Shown here: positions 59,189 to 64,000 of the stretch, piece by piece
How the letters are laid out: every line of letters starts with the position of its first letter
Numbering within the stretch: the first letter of the stretch is position 1
From: an uncultured Nitrososphaerales archaeon
Lineage (GTDB): Archaea > Thermoproteota > Nitrososphaeria > Nitrososphaerales > Nitrososphaeraceae
Direction: 5' to 3'
Assembly (NCBI GenBank): GCA_963713605.1
Contig: CAVQMO010000010.1
Span: 864,001-928,000, forward strand
Length of the DNA stretch: 64,000 bases
The notes under the pieces: model-generated
Database searches by the model: none
What the model was told of the DNA's origin: nothing
What the model saw: only the letters and a program-made list of their open reading frames with translations
Translations under genes and position numbers: made by a program

Positions 59189-59708
59189 CCTCGTGTCAAT
59201 CTTGTTAAACTTACGACCTAGATCGATGATCAGCCGAAATTGCATTCTTGCCCCATTAATTTCAAAATGGATGCTGATGTAGTAAAAAAGATCCATATTA
59301 CGGACGACTAGGAGGACAGAATAAATATGAGGCAGCATTCTGTGGCAAGCAAAATGACCAGAGCAATAGTGAAATAGTTGATAATTCAATCGCTACAAAC
59401 GTCGCAAACAATTTTGCATCCTGAACTATTGATTCAACAGTAGATCAGCGAGCTGCTGTTCCCTCATCTGAACTAAATAACTATAGCATTCATTTGATTT
59501 ATTAATAGTACCGACGAAATAGCATGGTACGACTGTTTATATGAGCTTTCTATTGAGCCTAATATATCAGATTTAGATCGTCTTGTCGTTATCATAAGAT
59601 TAATTTACTAATTATGCGCATTAGGTCTCAGATGCTGATATCGATAGAGCGATACATATATGGTACAAGAAGTTCATTGCATCAAAACCACCTCTGACAT
59701 TCTATATT

Positions 59709-60518
59709 TCAACAACCAAAATTGGTAACCCATTTATCATTCGCAAACTCGCTCACATCGCAAAAGTCTTCATACACGGTAGCCTTCCCCGCCTCTAATA
59801 GAAGCTGGTTCACAGATGCCTTGCTGTCGTTACAATATACTACGCCAATCAACCTATCATAGCTTCCCTCTTTTTGACCGTCGTCTTCATCTACCAGTGC
59901 GTTACCCCCAATTTGACATGTTGACTCTGTGAAATCGGTCGCCTCATTATATCCAACTTCCCCCTTCTCTGGCGTATTGACCATTGAAAGACGGATGCGC
60001 ACATTATTGACGTCGAATGTATCGCCGTCAACAATATCAGTAACAACGCCTTTAAAACAATCAGCTGAACCTTTGCATTCAGGCAGCCCGCTTCGAGAGC
60101 CAGGAATATTAGAAACCACACTACCTTTGCGGATTGATTCTCGCGGGACAACCTCGTTAGAGCTAGAACTTATGCTCGCACTGCCTGCCTCACAACCTGT
60201 ACCGTCACCTTCGCTGTCAAATCCATGTGGATCAGGCGGTATAACTTTGAAATCTTCGTCTATGATATCATCACAATTCAAGTCTGGCGGTGGAGACGCT
60301 ATACAGACTTTTGGATATGAAGCATCACAATTTGCGTTGGGTGGATAAGGTTGTGTTGGCGTAGTAATGGAGTTATGTAATCCCAACGGCTCTGAGGTAT
60401 TAGAGATTTGTGTGAGCCAATTTGCTGCTGCAGCTGACACTTCTCCCGCCGCTTCCAATGTTATCATAATGATAATGGCGGCTGCGACAGTAGCCATACT
60501 AACAATCTTCCGTACCAT
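59709..60518 (-). CDS. Secreted thermonuclease (SNase) with Excalibur-like Ca-binding domain
   Basis: Signal peptide; 'DLNCDDI...DPHGFDSEGDGTGCE'; 'IVDGDTF..RIRL..VNTPE', 'YDRLIGVVY', 'NQLLLEAG.A'. Confidence 0.88.
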   Translation of the reverse strand: MVRKIVSMATVAAAIIIMITLEAAGEVSAAAANWLTQISNTSEPLGLHNSITTPTQPYPPNANCDASYPKVCIASPPPDLNCDDIIDEDFKVIPPDPHGFDSEGDGTGCEAGSASISSSSNEVVPRESIRKGSVVSNIPGSRSGLPECKGSADCFKGVVTDIVDGDTFDVNNVRIRLSMVNTPEKGEVGYNEATDFTESTCQIGGNALVDEDDGQKEGSYDRLIGVVYCNDSKASVNQLLLEAGKATVYEDFCDVSEFANDKWVTNFGC

Positions 60519-60876
60519 AACTTTTCTATTGAAATGATATTTATTAGTCTTAGAAAAAGTAAGAGTGTAATCTATTTCTAAGATATACGATTTTAGATTT
60601 AACTCACGAGGTTTAGCATGCACAGTTTTTAATAGATTTTTCTGCTTCGTCTCAGGTTCATCTAACTCTTCAAGTGAGTCAATGTAATAGCCGAAGTTGA
60701 GAACGATAGTAGTAGCGCGATCGTAACGGACAGACTGAATTTATGAACAAGTAACTTGAAGAGTCAGAGTTCATTCATTAATTGTTTTGCCAGCTATTGA
60801 TAGAATCGATTTCATCTTAATAGCCACACAAATAATAATTGAATAAAAAATAAGGCAGAATCTCGTTGGATAGAGC

Positions 60877-61297
60877 CTATTGCCCGATAGTTCCATTAGT
60901 CGCTAGTCTCAACACCGGACTAAATGTACCACCATTGTCAGTGCTAAATCTTAGCACTGGCTCAGAGCTTGTAGAATTTGTTTCCCACCAAGTTACGATT
61001 ACGTTATCATCAGTAGCTTCTACATCGACGTCAGTTGAATTGGAACCAGGTGAATTGCTCAGATTAACTTTATCTTGGTATATTTGTCCACCATTTCCCG
61101 ACATTCTAAACATAACCTCCGTGTTCTTAGTAACCGGATAACTGCTATCCAGCACAACATAAACGGTTTCACCAGATGTAGCAATAACGGCTGGAGCTTG
61201 TTTCAGTGAGACAGCTGCGTATGATGACTGCAACTTTACTCCCGAATATTGCTAATACGACCACAGCAATAACAAACTCGGCAAGGTATTGTTTCAT
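60877..61297 (-). pseudogene. Secreted BNR/Asp-box (sialidase-like) protein, short and frameshifted
   Basis: 'FRMSGNGGQ' and 'RFSTDNGGTFS' Asp-boxes; signal peptide from 61297. Confidence 0.7.
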
Positions 61298-61536
61298 GAT
61301 ATTTCAAAATAAAAAGTTGAATATAAGCAGTGTTGTTTATCATTTAGCATCGCGTTGCGTATTGAGTGATATCCAAGTTATGCTAGAGTAATATCCAATC
61401 TAGTATGATTTTCACTGAAGTTCAGTTCAAGAAAATTCAGAAAAACACAGTCGATAATTAATATTTTGTATATTTTTCGGCTAGGACCAAAAATCCGCAT
61501 GAAATATTTATATAACATGCGTAAGACTTTGTATGT

Positions 61537-61728
61537 ATGAGTAAGATAAAGAAAGGTGCTGAATATGCTGGACATGATGTGAAGAAAGGTGCTGAATATG
61601 CTGGACATGATGTGAAGAAAGGTGCTGAATATGCTGGACATGATGTGAAGAAAGGTGCTGAATATGCTGGACATGATGTGAAGAAAGGTGCAAAGTCTGT
61701 ATTTAATAAAATGAAAAAAGCTCTATAG
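61537..61728 (+). CDS. LEA-like 11-mer repeat protein
   Basis: (KKGAEYAGHDV)x4 encoded by an exact 33-bp tandem repeat; AT-rich TATA-like sequence upstream. Confidence 0.75.
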   Translation: MSKIKKGAEYAGHDVKKGAEYAGHDVKKGAEYAGHDVKKGAEYAGHDVKKGAKSVFNKMKKAL

Positions 61729-62811
61729 TGACCTGAACGAGCAGGGACGTCTGAATATTTTTTCAATTTTCTAATCTAAGACCTCCGTCGCTAATCAAAC
61801 ATGAATTCATTCGCAACGGGTTTTTTTACGTATTTTGATATGGCCCGCTTTATACGCTGCAACAGATTATTGACATGTTGGTTTTTTCATTTAATTCACG
61901 TTACTTTTGATTTATCTTTTTGTGGCCTAAATGGTGGACTATATTATATGATGATTTTAGCGCAATCTTTGTAATAATAACTTCTTGATCTCCCTCTGCT
62001 AACAACAGCATGATCTTTCGTGATAAATTGTTTGCATGAGATACAGCGCCCGTTCTGCTTTAATTCAACCATCTTGATTATGCGAAGTATTCTTTCGTTT
62101 GGGCAGGCCATGTGCTATCTTTAGTCCACGGTAAGCGATAACATTGGAACATCTTCCACAGAAGTGTTTGTCATTTATAATTATCTTGGACTTGTATTTG
62201 TTACATCTACTACAATACATTTTTTCTATGCTCTGGTAATAGTGTATTAAGTCTTCCGATTATATCTTGAAGAGTTACCAGTCCAATTGTTTGATTTGGT
62301 TGGATCAGCTAATAGATTTATAACATCTGTTTTTACGTTTTAGATTTGGATCTCTGTCAAGTGGTACTGATCGAAGCATCCCAGCTGTAGCGAGTATAAA
62401 ACCCCTAACATCGTTTTGTATTCCCAAGCCAGAGACGTATAAATCCCCAACATGTCCCCGTTGTGCACATGGCCTGCCCAAACATTACACAAAATGCCTA
62501 TATGTGTTAACTTCTGATACATCTCAAGCCCGGCATGACCACAAATGTATGATTTCAAAATACCAGTTCTGCTTCAGAATTAAGTGATAAGCTACTCAAA
62601 GTCGTCAATGAGCATTGCTATCTCCAGACTTGTGAATCTCGTTCACCACCATCGTCATATACTCTTTGATATCATTATCGTTCATCGAAGATTCAACTCC
62701 GGTCTGGGCGTTTTATAGATGAATATAGTCTACATTGTATTTCTTACAGTTTTAAAAACTAAATAAAACATTATCAAGACATATAAATAAGATCTAGATC
62801 AAAGAGCTGAA

Positions 62812-63182
62812 ATGATTAGGCTTAACTTAGCATAATTACTGACTTACTGATCCAAACAACCAAGATCTCTTCCAATAACACATACATTAATAGAGAGAAA
62901 CGTATTAATCAGATCTACTTTGTAATCTGTAATTCGTGTTTTTGGTGTGCGTCTTATTTCGGAATTGACGAATTAGAGTCTCTTTCTGGATCATTATCAC
63001 ATGTTCTCGACTGTGATGTTTGTAGTTCTCATAACACTGAACTGATACCCATATCGGCTGACGAATCATTCAGAATAGATTACTATCTAACCACGGGAAT
63101 GCAGATAGAATTTTACAAGAGCAACAGCATTGTTGTTAGGCAGCAATCTGTTGTTTCGCCAGTGTTGATGGATGAGAGTTAA
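62812..63182 (+). pseudogene. Cys-rich zinc-binding protein, paralog of 33151-33519, 5' disrupted
   Basis: IYFVICNSCFWCASYFGIDELESLSGS...CDVC..HNTELIPISADESFRI; missed by the ORF track. Confidence 0.8.
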
Positions 63183-63414
63183 AAATTTTTATTCATCAGA
63201 AGAAATTACAAATAGGTCATGGAATCTATCGGCTAGAATCGTCATGACCAGCAACCCGTCAACCCGCTCGTCGGATTACATCGCATGCAAAAGTTGAATT
63301 CATATGTGGAATAAATAATATAAGCATTGTAATTTAGGCGATCATTTACCGGCAGTTTTACAGTTAGTTCGCGACGGCGTAGCCAAGATCGATTATGAAT
63401 AGTACATATTGAGA

Positions 63415-63609
63415 TCATATCCATACAATCATTTTCGAAGCATTGGATTTCATCTTGCCAATGTGAGTCATTTGGTACAAGCCGCTGATTCGATCTTGCT
63501 TGATCCATCCAATATCTTTGAGAAACTCCATAATACCATTGATGAACCGGACGTCATCATCGAAATCTTCTGAAATCTTTTCGACACTTTGGCTATCTAC
63601 AAGTCTCAT
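63415..63609 (-). CDS. Small winged-helix-like protein
   Basis: 'VEKISEDF...IMEFLKDIGWI....GLYQMT..G'. Confidence 0.5.
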   Translation of the reverse strand: MRLVDSQSVEKISEDFDDDVRFINGIMEFLKDIGWIKQDRISGLYQMTHIGKMKSNASKMIVWI

Positions 63610-64000
63610 TAAAACATACTTTGCCAGTTCTAAACCAGATAGCGCATTGGAATAAATTGAGTACTCATTTGTCGTCGCTGTCAGTCATCTTGCCCACCAT
63701 TATCATGATATACATTCCCGTTCGCCTCATTTTATGGTTATTATCATCACTTTTAAGCCTGCTGGTAAGTTAAACGTAATGCATTGGTGCGTTTTTTATT
63801 AACTTCTTTTTAATATGCTGATATAAACATCAGTGATGACGACATTCTATTCAGATATGGATTTCGATCGATGAGGCAGTCAAATTTGTTAATACCTAAT
63901 TTATCGGGTTAGTCTAACTTTATTGTCTCTTCCACAAGCTTAATCCAACTACTTAATTAGATTGGCTTTTTTACATATCTTACTATACACTTGCTCTCTT

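Noticed and set aside
61378..61766. Minus-strand repeat ORFs, or CRISPR, over the 33-bp repeat
   Set aside because: These are shadow frames of the plus-strand LEA-like gene; there are no spacers.

Overview
This is an AT-rich archaeal window, most consistent with a soil ammonia-oxidising archaeon (Nitrososphaeraceae). That call rests on a TFB paralog, a TRAM protein, a phasin-like protein, orphan receiver domains, a P-II protein and many secreted low-complexity proteins. It is an accessory region full of decayed genes: terminase-like relics in four places, two tyrosine-integrase remnants each preceded by the same tRNA-3'-like 20-bp att repeat, and many frameshifts, nonsense codons and truncations. 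Some frameshifts may be long-read homopolymer errors. The standout is a tightly coupled minus-strand three-gene operon (11799-15588). It encodes (1) a divergent full-length RadA with intact Walker motifs, (2) an archaeal RPA-like OB-fold/Zn-finger protein that appears to carry an Argonaute L1-PAZ-like module inserted in its last OB fold, with no MID/PIWI in the window, and (3) a RadA-fold protein lacking Walker A. This looks like an undescribed recombination or repair module. No complete rRNA, tRNA or CRISPR array was seen. All domain calls are by-eye motif recognition, not database searches.
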